DNA of 42,159 bases, from the NCBI GenBank assembly GCA_038257785.1, contig JBBSIY010000001.1, positions 1 to 42,159 on the forward strand, in the 5' to 3' direction. Each line of letters starts with the position of its first letter. Position 1 is the first letter of the stretch. The position numbers and the translations under genes are program-made. A model generated the notes under the pieces. That model was not told where the DNA came from, did no database searches, and saw nothing but the letters and a program-made list of their open reading frames with translations. This DNA comes from Lysobacterales bacterium (lineage in GTDB: Bacteria; Pseudomonadota; Gammaproteobacteria; Xanthomonadales; Xanthomonadaceae). Positions 24,521 through 33,062 of the stretch are shown piece by piece.

Positions 24521-25154
24521 CCACGCCCAGCTGGCGATCGTGCAATCGAGTCAGGGTCAGCTGCGCAATGATCGACCCGCACAGGGCAAGAAACATGTCC
24601 CACTGGGTGTCCCAAACATCGCCCTGTGTCGCCAGATAGGCGTCGGCTTCGCCGCCCATAATTAGCGCCGCCCACCATTCAATAAACTCGAAAAAAGCGC
24701 TAAACGACAGGCACGCTGCGCAGACCAAATAGAACAACCAGCCGCCGGGTACCAGAGGCGTTTTTCGCAGGAGCAGCTCGCGCGCCAGAATGGCCGGTAT
24801 GAAGCCCTGCGCCAAGTGACCTAGCCGGTCATAGTGGTTGCGCGATAGCTCAAACATCTCGCGCCACCAATCACCCAGCGGCGTGAGCGAATACGTGTAC
24901 TTGCCGCCATAAATCAAAATGATGCAGTGAATCGTGATCAGCCAATACAGCAGGCGCGTCAGCGGAAAGCGGCGGCGGGTGGCGATGAGCAGCGGTATCG
25001 CCGCCACCACCCAGATCACCTCCAGCGCCCACGTCAGGCGATCCACTGGTGCGATCGCCGACCACACGAGCACAGCAGACACTGCGACCAGCAGACCGGC
25101 CGCCTCCATCGCTGACGATGTAACGGCCGGGGCTCTCCCTTGAAGTTCATTCAT
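24507..25154 (-). CDS. YjdF/DUF2238-like inner-membrane protein
   Basis: It is multi-TM. PVDRLTWALEVIWVV...RRRFPLTRLLYWLITIHCIILIYGGKYTYSLTPLG...LSRNHYDRLGHLAQGFIPAILARELLLR resembles YjdF. It overlaps the 3' end of the previous gene convergently by 14 nt. Confidence 0.65.
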   Translation of the reverse strand: MNELQGRAPAVTSSAMEAAGLLVAVSAVLVWSAIAPVDRLTWALEVIWVVAAIPLLIATRRRFPLTRLLYWLITIHCIILIYGGKYTYSLTPLGDWWREMFELSRNHYDRLGHLAQGFIPAILARELLLRKTPLVPGGWLFYLVCAACLSFSAFFEFIEWWAALIMGGEADAYLATQGDVWDTQWDMFLALCGSIIAQLTLTRLHDRQLGVASRR

Positions 25155-25209
25155 GGCGCGTCATGCCTCTCCATAGCGGAGTTGCATCATAGGCATGTGA
25201 TAAACCGAT

Positions 25210-26943
25210 TTACTGGACTTCGATCGCGCGTCGCGTCACGACTTTGCTATCAACAATGAACACTAAGTCGTAACTGCCTGCTTCATTCGGTGCGCTTAAA
25301 TTGACGCTCTCGCCAGTAGCCGGCAACTGCGCATATCCGAAATACGTGCTGCCGTCACCCTCACGCGGCACAAATCCAATCCAGTGACGAGCATGGCGCG
25401 GGCCAGTGAACGCCACCGACACAGCCCCAGCGACGGTGATCGATGCGGGCGCATCGAGCGTTGCAATCGCGGCAGTGATGGTGATCGGCTGGCTGGCGAT
25501 GACTTTTTCTCGCTCGTTTAACACGTAGCGCAGCTCGTACTCGCCGGGCTCGCTAGGCGCCATCAGGCTGAGCTTAGACGTTGGGCCCTGCGGACGGTCG
25601 TAATCGCGGTAGGTACCCGGATCGCTTCCGGCCGGCGCGAAGCCGATCCAGTGAGAGTCATCTTCCGGGCCGCTTGCTTCGACGGTGACCGTATCGCCAG
25701 CCATCGCGGTTTTTGGCCCACTGACTGACGCGCCTGCCGCCGTTATGGTGATCGGCCGGCTGACCAGCACGCGCTCGCGCTCATTGATGACGTAGCGCAG
25801 CTCGTACTCGCCAGGTTCAGCCGGCGGGGTGAGAGTGATCGTCATCGCGCCGTCATTTACCTCGACATCTTTGACATAGCGATACTTCAGGTAGGCACTG
25901 GGTGCGCTGCCCTTGGGGGCAAAGCCTACCCAGTTGCCGCGACCCTGCGGACCGCGCGCGGTGATCGTGATATCGATGCCCGCCGGCACGCTGGCGGCTG
26001 CTTCGATACTGGCTTCCACCTCGCCCACCTCGATCGCGATTTCAGCGAGCTTTGGCTGCTTGCGCACCGGGCTGACGTAGCGCAGCGCGTAGCTCCCGGC
26101 GTCGGCCGGCGCGCGAATGCTGACCACGCCTTCGCCATTGCCTGCGTCATTTTTGCGCGCGTAGGCGTAGGTCAATTCCTGTGTGCGCTCGCCGGACTTC
26201 GAAAAGACGCCGATGAAATCGCCTTGATCCGCCGGCCCGCTCCAGGTCACCTCAAAGTCAGCACCGGCTGCAATCGGCGTGCCTGCTTTTAGAGCCGCGG
26301 GAGCTGGCGGCAGTGCAGGCTGCGTGCTGGCGTTTACGGCGCCGGTGATGGCATTGCCCAGCTCTGCCGCATCGCGTGCGTTGAAATAGCGCCCGCCGGT
26401 GTTCTCGGCCAGGCAGCGAAGCTGCGCTTGATGCTGCGGGTTGCTGACATCGAAACCGATCACATGCGCGGTGAAGTCGACGCCAGCCTTTTCCAGCTCT
26501 GCACCGACAGCACACGGATCAAGATTGCAGGTTTCTTCACCATCTGAAACCAGAATGACCGTGGCCTTTTGTTCGGATGACTTCAACGCTTCGGCGGCGT
26601 GCTGCACGGCGGCGGAGAGCGGCGTCATGCCCAGCGCATTCAAACCATTAACGGTTTTCATATACGCAGTGGCATCCAGAGGGCTGAGCGGAATCAGCGT
26701 TTGGATGTCGGCGCAGTCGCCCTTCCGTCGATGCCCGTAGGCGACAAGGCCGAGCGCGTTGTCAGGGTTCCAGCCCTGCACCACGCCGGCAACCGTCTCA
26801 CGTGCAATTTCGACCTTGCTGCGGCCGTTGATCTGTCCCCACATCGATCCGGATGCGTCGAGCACCAGCATCAGGTTTTCGCCGGCCAGCGCCGTGGCGG
26901 GCAGGGCGGCGGCAAGAAGCAGCAATCGCGGTGCAAAGCGCAT
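25210..26943 (-). CDS. Secreted von Willebrand factor A (VWA) domain protein with four tandem C-terminal beta-type modules
   Basis: The ATG at 26941-26943 is preceded by GAGG and gives the signal peptide MRFAPRLLLLAAALPATALA|GE. The MIDAS motif is LVLDASGSM, followed by ..VILVSDGEETC. The C-terminal repeats are listed as the next feature. Confidence 0.85.
   Translation of the reverse strand: MRFAPRLLLLAAALPATALAGENLMLVLDASGSMWGQINGRSKVEIARETVAGVVQGWNPDNALGLVAYGHRRKGDCADIQTLIPLSPLDATAYMKTVNGLNALGMTPLSAAVQHAAEALKSSEQKATVILVSDGEETCNLDPCAVGAELEKAGVDFTAHVIGFDVSNPQHQAQLRCLAENTGGRYFNARDAAELGNAITGAVNASTQPALPPAPAALKAGTPIAAGADFEVTWSGPADQGDFIGVFSKSGERTQELTYAYARKNDAGNGEGVVSIRAPADAGSYALRYVSPVRKQPKLAEIAIEVGEVEASIEAAASVPAGIDITITARGPQGRGNWVGFAPKGSAPSAYLKYRYVKDVEVNDGAMTITLTPPAEPGEYELRYVINERERVLVSRPITITAAGASVSGPKTAMAGDTVTVEASGPEDDSHWIGFAPAGSDPGTYRDYDRPQGPTSKLSLMAPSEPGEYELRYVLNEREKVIASQPITITAAIATLDAPASITVAGAVSVAFTGPRHARHWIGFVPREGDGSTYFGYAQLPATGESVNLSAPNEAGSYDLVFIVDSKVVTRRAIEVQ
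25213..26289 (-). repeat. Four tandem ~75-85-aa modules inside the VWA protein
   Basis: The recurring pattern is G-x-x-[VI]-x-V-x-x-x-GP....[HN]W[IV]GF.P.GS.....Y.......(G)......P.E.G.YELRYV......[VI].....I.[IV]. The four copies end in SYALRYV, EYELRYV, EYELRYV and SYDLVFI. Confidence 0.75.
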
Positions 26944-27146
26944 TGGGGGAACCTCAAATAGGGCTGTAAAGCCAACCATACGCATGAACGGCGTCGATCC
27001 GGACATTTCCCGTCCTCAAGACAATCTCTGACAAAAACCGCCACCCTCCAATAGTGCGGATGTTTGCGAGCCGGTGCACCGGCAAAGGGTTTGCCCTATG
27101 CTGCGCGGATCGGCAGGGGGTCTGCCGACCAACAAGGACACAGCTG

Positions 27147-30100
27147 ATGCGCGTCGCCCACCTCACCTATACGGAGGCGCTAGCGCGTCGCCGTGCCTCA
27201 CAGATCGCCAGCGGTCTACTGCTGTTCTTGCTGACTACTGCTGCTGGTTTAGCCACGCCAAACGCGCCGTACCAGCTCTCTGAGGCAGGCGTCGCAACTG
27301 ACACCAAGGGCCCTGCGCCAGCGCCTAACAGTGCAGACAGCAAGCCCAGCGTCACGGTCAGCGGCGCGCAAGCGCCAGGACCGCTGTTCAATATCGATTC
27401 CCGCCTAACGGCCGAAGTCGAGCCCAATGGCGTGTTCGGGTCAGCGACGCCACTCACCTTGAATGCGAGTGGCTTAGGCAAGATCACCGGCAACGTATTC
27501 GGCAACGGCGACGTTGATTTCTACAGCTTCACGGCTGCGGCGGGTGATCGCGTGTATGCCGCGACGATGACGTCCGCCAGCGCCAGCGGCTCGACCGACA
27601 GCCAGCTTCGTCTGTATGCAACCGACGGGTCGACGCTGATCGAGACCGACCTAAACGACGGCACGTTCGGGGCATCGTCTTCATCTATCGCAGGCGCGTC
27701 GATTCCATCGGCAGGCACCTACTTTCTTGAAGTGCGAGGCGGAACGGCCACCGCTCAGATTCGGCCGTATGACCTTCATGTGCAGCTGCGCAGCGGTGCG
27801 CCTGTTGCCGAAGTCGAGCCTAACGACACGACGGTGACGGCCACCCCATTGCCTGCCAGCGGCTGGGTAAGCGGTGCGCGCGGCACCACCACCGATGCCG
27901 ACTTCTACAGCTTCACTGCCAACGCGGGCGACACGATTTTCTTGAGTCTTGACGGCGACCCCGAGCGCGATAACGTGCAGTGGAACCCGCGTGTGGGTCT
28001 CGGCCTGTTTGGCGATGCTGACAACCAAATCCTCGTTGCGAATGATGCCAGCGTGGGCTCAGCGACTAATCCGCTGTCGGAAGCCATGTTTTTGACCGTC
28101 AAGAACACCGGTACCTACGTCGCGTATGTGGACACGGCGGTCGTTGGGGTCGGTGGCCCGACCTTTACCTATCAACTGAGCGTCAGCGTGCTGCCGGCGC
28201 TCAACGCTTTCGCGGGTGGCTCATGCACCACTTACACCAGCACCAATGTGCCGGTAGTAATTTCTGACGCTGCCCCGTCTATCAGCACCTCAACTCTGAC
28301 CATTCCGGGCAATCCGCGCATTGCTGATTTGGATGTGTCCATCCAGCTCAACCATACGTTTATGCAGGATTTGGATGTCTCGCTGATTTCCCCAGGTGGC
28401 AACGTGGTGGGCATGTTTACCGATATCGGGAATGCCGCCGTCGGCGGACAAGCGCAGATGGATCTTGTCTTCGACGATGAAGCCGCTATTCCTCCCGCTT
28501 TCACGATCGTAAGAGGTCTGCGCCTTCGTCCCGAGTTGAATTTTTCGCTGGGATGGTTCGATGGGCAAGACGCTGGCGGTACTTGGACGTTGGATCTGCG
28601 CGATGACGCAACAGGTGACGGCGGCAACCTCACCGGCTGGAGCATGACCGTCTGCGAAGCGCCACCGCCGCCAGTCTGCCCGGTTGGCTTTGCTGAGCAA
28701 ACCGTGTTCACTACTGATTTCGAAACAGGCGCTGCAGGCTTCATCAGCAGCGGCACCGCGAATGAGTGGGAGGTGGGTACGCCGAGCTTTGCACCGATCA
28801 CCACCTGCAACAGCGGCACGGGCTGCTTCGCTACCGATCTCGATAACACCTATGACGTGAGCAGCAATCAAACTCTGCTATCACCGGCGATCAACTTGGC
28901 CGGCTTGTCAGCGCCGGTAGTCGTGCGCTGGGCGCAGAAGTATCAGATGGAGTCAGCGTCATTCGACCTGTTCAACGTCACCGCGCAGCAGGTCGGCGGA
29001 GCGACTCCTGCCCGCTTGTTTGAGTGGCTCGGGGCGACCATGACCAACGCGGTCGGCAACCCAACGGTCACGCTGCAAGAGTCCGCTGGCTGGGGCCAGT
29101 TCACTGCCCGCGCTGACGCTTTGGCGGGTCAAAATATGGAGCTGGCGTTTAACCTAACCAGCGACACTACGGTCAACTTTGCCGGTGCCGCCATCGACGA
29201 CGTCAGCGTCACTGCTTGCCGAGCGGTAACCGCCGATCTTGCAATTACCAAGACGGACGGCGTGACCACTGCTACACCTGGCGGTTCCGTCACATACACG
29301 ATTACGGCGTCCAATACGGGCCCGGATCCGGTTCCGAATGCCACCGTTGCCGATACCTTCCCGGCACCACTGACCTGCACCTGGACCTGCGTCGGGGCGG
29401 GAACTGGTACCTGCACGGCGGCGGGCAGCGGCAACATCAACGACACCGTGAATCTGCCCGCGGGTGGCTCGACCACGTACACCGCTAGCTGCGCAGTTGC
29501 CGCTTCGGCGACGGGTACGCTAACCAACACCGCCACGGTGGCGAGCAGCGTCACCGATCCGACACCTGGCAACAACAGCGCCACCGACACCGACTCGCTG
29601 GACGCCAGTGCCAACCTTGGCGCGACGCTGACCGACACGCCCGACCCGGTCACCGCAGGTGGCAATTTGACCTACACGGCGACGGCCACTAACGCGGGTC
29701 CGAGTGACGCGCAGACGGTTACTGCTGCGCTTCCGCTGCCAGCGGGCACCACGTATGTGTCGGCAACGCCTTCGGCCGGCGGCGTCTGTACTAATCCGGG
29801 CGTCGGCAGCAACGGAACGGTCAACTGCACGTGGGCGGGTGCCACCACCACGGCGGCTCCGCGCTCGGTCAGCGTCGTCGCAGCGGTCGGTATTGCAACC
29901 GCGGGACCCTTGTCAGCCACATTGACCGTGGGCTCGGCGACCACTGATCCAGCGCCGGGCAACAATACGGCAACGGCCACAACGGCTGTCGCCGCGGCAA
30001 GCGCTGACGTGGCTGTCACCTTGATGGACACGCCAGACCCTGTGGCGGCCGGCGGCACGCTCGGCTACACCGCTTCCCTGACCAACAACGGCCCGGCTAT

Positions 30101-30887
30101 TGCGCAAGACATCGCGGTGAGCCTACCGCTGCCAGCCAACACGACCTTCTTGTCGGCCACCCCCAGCGCGGGAGGCACGTGTATGGCGCCGGTGGTGGGC
30201 AGCGGCGGCAGCATCAGCTGCACCTGGGCGGGCGCAACCGCTAGCGGTGCGGCGCGCGTGCTGACAGCATCGGTCATGGTGGCCAATTCAGCGGTCGGCG
30301 CCTTGACCGCGACGGCCACCGGCAGCTCAAGCAGTGTCGACACCGTGCCGGCAAACAATACCGCGACCGCGACCACGGCCGTCGCTGCGGGTGCCGATCT
30401 GGCGCTAACCTTGACCGCTTCGCCAAACCCGGCAACAACGGGCGCGGCCATTACGTATGTCGCCACTGCGATCAACAACGGTCCAAGCGACGCTAGCAAT
30501 GTGCAGATCGACGTGGTGCTCGGTGCCAGCGTGCTGTTCTCCAGCGCTACCCCCAGCATGGGCGGTGTCTGCACCTCGCCCAGCGTTGGCAGCACGGGCA
30601 CGGTGTCTTGCACGTGGGCAGGCGTCACTGCCAACGGCAGCAGCCGCTCGGTCAACGTAATCGCCTATCGCGAGAGCATCGGCACCGCTGCTGCGACCGC
30701 CACGGCATCATCGGCTACCAACGACCCAACGCCTGCCAACAACGCGGCGACCGGCAATGTAACGGTTGGCAACGGAGCAGCTACGACAACGGCAACGGTT
30801 ATTCCTACGGTTGATCGCGGCGTGCTGGCGCTGCTGGCGCTGATGTTCGGCCTGTTCGGCTTTGCCGCGATGCGCCGTCGCATGTAG
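27147..30887 (+). CDS. Large IPTL-CTERM surface protein: 2x PPC domain + proprotein-convertase P-domain + MAM/LamG-like domain + 4x DUF11 repeat, with no catalytic domain recognised
   Basis: The ATG at 27147 is preceded by AAGGA. The domains, with approximate coordinates, are:
- PPC-like modules at ~27414-27700 and ~27810-28110 (EVEPNG..GDVDFYSF and EVEPND..DADFYSF)
- P-domain at ~28275-28655 (DLDVSIQLNHTFMQDLDVSLISPGG..GTWTLDLRDDATGDGGNLTGWSMTV)
- MAM/LamG-like domain at ~28700-29215 (FTTDFETGAAGF..NEWEVG..AAIDDVSVTAC)
- DUF11 repeats at 29232-30767
- C-terminal sorting signal. Confidence 0.85.
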   Translation: MRVAHLTYTEALARRRASQIASGLLLFLLTTAAGLATPNAPYQLSEAGVATDTKGPAPAPNSADSKPSVTVSGAQAPGPLFNIDSRLTAEVEPNGVFGSATPLTLNASGLGKITGNVFGNGDVDFYSFTAAAGDRVYAATMTSASASGSTDSQLRLYATDGSTLIETDLNDGTFGASSSSIAGASIPSAGTYFLEVRGGTATAQIRPYDLHVQLRSGAPVAEVEPNDTTVTATPLPASGWVSGARGTTTDADFYSFTANAGDTIFLSLDGDPERDNVQWNPRVGLGLFGDADNQILVANDASVGSATNPLSEAMFLTVKNTGTYVAYVDTAVVGVGGPTFTYQLSVSVLPALNAFAGGSCTTYTSTNVPVVISDAAPSISTSTLTIPGNPRIADLDVSIQLNHTFMQDLDVSLISPGGNVVGMFTDIGNAAVGGQAQMDLVFDDEAAIPPAFTIVRGLRLRPELNFSLGWFDGQDAGGTWTLDLRDDATGDGGNLTGWSMTVCEAPPPPVCPVGFAEQTVFTTDFETGAAGFISSGTANEWEVGTPSFAPITTCNSGTGCFATDLDNTYDVSSNQTLLSPAINLAGLSAPVVVRWAQKYQMESASFDLFNVTAQQVGGATPARLFEWLGATMTNAVGNPTVTLQESAGWGQFTARADALAGQNMELAFNLTSDTTVNFAGAAIDDVSVTACRAVTADLAITKTDGVTTATPGGSVTYTITASNTGPDPVPNATVADTFPAPLTCTWTCVGAGTGTCTAAGSGNINDTVNLPAGGSTTYTASCAVAASATGTLTNTATVASSVTDPTPGNNSATDTDSLDASANLGATLTDTPDPVTAGGNLTYTATATNAGPSDAQTVTAALPLPAGTTYVSATPSAGGVCTNPGVGSNGTVNCTWAGATTTAAPRSVSVVAAVGIATAGPLSATLTVGSATTDPAPGNNTATATTAVAAASADVAVTLMDTPDPVAAGGTLGYTASLTNNGPAIAQDIAVSLPLPANTTFLSATPSAGGTCMAPVVGSGGSISCTWAGATASGAARVLTASVMVANSAVGALTATATGSSSSVDTVPANNTATATTAVAAGADLALTLTASPNPATTGAAITYVATAINNGPSDASNVQIDVVLGASVLFSSATPSMGGVCTSPSVGSTGTVSCTWAGVTANGSSRSVNVIAYRESIGTAAATATASSATNDPTPANNAATGNVTVGNGAATTTATVIPTVDRGVLALLALMFGLFGFAAMRRRM
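29232..30767 (+). repeat. Four tandem DUF11-type ('conserved repeat domain') units, period ~385-390 nt
   Basis: The repeat starts are ADLAITKTDG.., ANLGATLTDTPDPVTAGGNLTYTATATNAGPSDAQ, ADVAVTLMDTPDPVAAGGTLGYTASLTNNGPAIAQ and ADLALTLTASPNPATTGAAITYVATAINNGPSDAS. Each unit ends in ..DP.PGNN[ST]AT.... Confidence 0.78.
30801..30884 (+). other. IPTL-CTERM-type C-terminal protein-sorting signal
   Basis: The sequence is IPTV-DRG-VLALLALMFGLFGFAAM-RRRM-stop. It has the signature tetrapeptide, one TM helix and a basic cluster at the extreme C-terminus. Confidence 0.72.
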
Positions 30888-30914
30888 CCGATCCGCTTTC
30901 ATTGCGAGTCATTC

Positions 30915-30948
30915 AAAGCCGGGCGAGGTAATTCGCCCGGCTTTTTTT
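30915..30948 (+). terminator. Rho-independent terminator after the IPTL-CTERM protein gene
   Basis: AAAGCCGGGCG (30915-30925) pairs perfectly with CGCCCGGCTTT (30934-30944), with an 8-nt loop. A run of 7 T follows (30942-30948). Confidence 0.8.
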
Positions 30949-31083
30949 GTGGCTGGCGCGAGCTACTTACGGATCACGTACTGAACGCAAATGGCGATTT
31001 AACGCGATCCTCAGGCACCTCTCGTTATGGTGTCTAGCTGAACACCGATGGTGAATACCGACCCCATCGGCGACAACGACACT

Positions 31084-31089
31084 GGAGGA
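31084..31089 (+). promoter_or_regulatory. Shine-Dalgarno GGAGGA for the MscS-family gene
   Basis: GGAGGA lies 4 nt upstream of the ATG at 31094. Confidence 0.6.
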
Positions 31090-31093
31090 TGAG

Positions 31094-31957
31094 ATGGCTG
31101 AGTGGTGGGCAAACTTGGGTGACGAAGGGTTCAGTCAGCTGACTGCATTGGGGTTGTTAGTGGGTCTCAAACTGGGCGGCGCGCTGCTGGGCCTATTGAT
31201 TGGCCTGCGGGTCGCGAAGTGGATTGCCGGCTCAAGCGAGCGCGCTTTATCACGTGCGGATGTCGAACCCACCGCCGTTTTGTTTCTGCGCAAGGTCGTC
31301 TACATCGCGCTGCTGGTGGTGCTGTTTCTCGGGATCCTGCAGTTTGTCGGCGTACCGATGACCTCAATGGTTGCCGCGCTTGGCGCTGCCGGTTTGGCGA
31401 TTGGTCTGGCGTTGAAAGATTCACTCTCGAACATCGCCTCTGGCGTGATGCTGGTATCGCTCAAGCCGTTCCGCGTAGGTGATCTCGTCAACATCGCCGG
31501 CCAGACGGGCAAGGTCGAGGCGGTGAGCATCTTCCAAACCGTTCTGCGCGGCGCTGACAACCAGACGGTTGTACTGCCGAACAGTCTGATTACCGACGAT
31601 GCCATCATCAATTTAACCCCGTCGATCACCCGCCGCATTGAGCTGATCATCGGCATCGGTTACAACGACGATATTGATGCCGCGCGCGCAACGGCGCTGG
31701 CGGTGATCGCCGACGACAAGCGAGTGCTGGCTGAGCCGGCGCCAGAGGTTCTGGTGTACGAACTGGCGGAAAGCAGCGTCAATCTTGGCATCCGCTGCCA
31801 CGTCAACAACGGTGATTTTCTATTGACTAAATGCAGCTTGACCGAGCAGATCAAAAAGGCCTTTGATCGCGAGGGCATTAGCATTCCGTATCCACAGCGC
31901 GACGTGCATATTCATCAGCGCGCCATGGCGGACGCGCCTGCTGCAGCCACCACATGA
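31094..31957 (+). CDS. Small-conductance mechanosensitive channel (MscS family)
   Basis: It has three N-terminal TM helices and the conserved core ..SNIASGVMLVSLKPFRVGDLVNIAGQTGKVEAVSIFQTVLRGADNQTVVLPNSLI. Confidence 0.88.
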   Translation: MAEWWANLGDEGFSQLTALGLLVGLKLGGALLGLLIGLRVAKWIAGSSERALSRADVEPTAVLFLRKVVYIALLVVLFLGILQFVGVPMTSMVAALGAAGLAIGLALKDSLSNIASGVMLVSLKPFRVGDLVNIAGQTGKVEAVSIFQTVLRGADNQTVVLPNSLITDDAIINLTPSITRRIELIIGIGYNDDIDAARATALAVIADDKRVLAEPAPEVLVYELAESSVNLGIRCHVNNGDFLLTKCSLTEQIKKAFDREGISIPYPQRDVHIHQRAMADAPAAATT

Positions 31958-32000
31958 TCCACAGCAGCGCTAAGCTGCACCTCTACGTGGGGAGATAGCC

Positions 32001-32888
32001 ATGAACAACGCGCAGCGTGTCGAACATCAGATGACCGACAAGGGCTACGTGCCCCTTTACACCACCAATGTCGTCGAGCAGCCGTGGGACACCTACACCG
32101 CCACCGACCACCAGGTGTGGGGTGAGCTGTTTCGCCGTCAGCGTGAGCTGCTGGTTGGCCGCGCCTGCAGCGCCTTCATCGACGCGCAGGACGCCATGCA
32201 GATGTCTGATGCGGCGATTCCGAAATTTTCGGATTTGAACGTGCTGCTGCGTGAGAGCACCGGCTGGCAGATCATCGGCGTTGAAGGTCTGCTGCCGGAG
32301 CTCGATTTTTTCGACCATCTGGCCAACCGACGGTTTCCGGTGACCTGGTGGATACGCCGTCCTGATCAGATGGACTACCTCGCCGAGCCCGACCTATTCC
32401 ACGATTTGTTCGGTCACGTACCGCTGCTAATGAACCCGGTCTTCGCCGACTACATGGCGGCCTACGGTCGCGGCGGCGTCAAGGCGCACGGCGTCGGCAG
32501 TGAGGCGTTGGTCAATCTCACCCGGCTGTACTGGTACACGGTTGAGTTCGGACTGATTCAAGAAACCGACGGACTGCGTATTTACGGTGCCGGCATTCTC
32601 AGCAGCAAGGGCGAGTCGATTCACTGTTTGGAAAGCACTGCACCCAACCGGATTGGCTTTGATCTCAAGCGCATCATGCGCACCCGCTACCGCATCGATA
32701 CGTTCCAGAAGACCTATTTCGTCATCAACGATTTCGAGCAGCTGTTCGACGCCACCCGCCCGGACTTCATTCCCTATTACAGCGAGCTGGCAAAGCAAGA
32801 TTCGATTCCCGCCGGCAGCGTTCTAGCTACCGATCAGGCGTTCAATCGCGGCACGGGTGAAGGCTGGAGCAACGACGGCGACGTGTAG
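32001..32888 (+). CDS. phhA: Phenylalanine 4-monooxygenase
   Basis: It has an aromatic amino-acid hydroxylase core (EPDLFHDLFGHVPLL with iron ligands, YWYTVEFGL, IYGAGILSS.GE) and the bacterial PhhA size (295 aa). Confidence 0.9.
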   Translation: MNNAQRVEHQMTDKGYVPLYTTNVVEQPWDTYTATDHQVWGELFRRQRELLVGRACSAFIDAQDAMQMSDAAIPKFSDLNVLLRESTGWQIIGVEGLLPELDFFDHLANRRFPVTWWIRRPDQMDYLAEPDLFHDLFGHVPLLMNPVFADYMAAYGRGGVKAHGVGSEALVNLTRLYWYTVEFGLIQETDGLRIYGAGILSSKGESIHCLESTAPNRIGFDLKRIMRTRYRIDTFQKTYFVINDFEQLFDATRPDFIPYYSELAKQDSIPAGSVLATDQAFNRGTGEGWSNDGDV

Positions 32889-32896
32889 CAGTGCCT

Positions 32897-32917
32897 TGGG
32901 ATTTGGGATTTGGGATT
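32897..32917. repeat. Heptanucleotide microsatellite (TGGGATT)x3
   Basis: It was read directly, 9 nt after the phhA stop codon. Confidence 0.9.
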
Positions 32918-33062
32918 TGTAGAGCGGGCGGGCGCGATTTGCAACCGCGCTAACTCATCGCAGCTGATTGATTCGCCCTGACCGCGCGCTGAGGCGCATG
33001 ACCGCAAGGTAGATTGCGCCGCAATGGTCGAGCAACCGCCACGCAATTGTTGAATCTAGACC

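Noticed and set aside
25210-26943. I considered whether the VWA protein is part of a BatA/MoxR-type or ternary VWA-ATPase system.
   Set aside because: No AAA+/MoxR ATPase and no Bat-like genes are adjacent. The protein has a cleavable signal peptide rather than the TM anchors typical of BatA/BatB.
31045-31070. A 7-bp hairpin (CCGATGG...CCATCGG) lies in the MscS 5' leader and could be a riboswitch or attenuator.
   Set aside because: It is a short isolated stem with no conserved riboswitch core motifs that I recognise, so it is most likely incidental.
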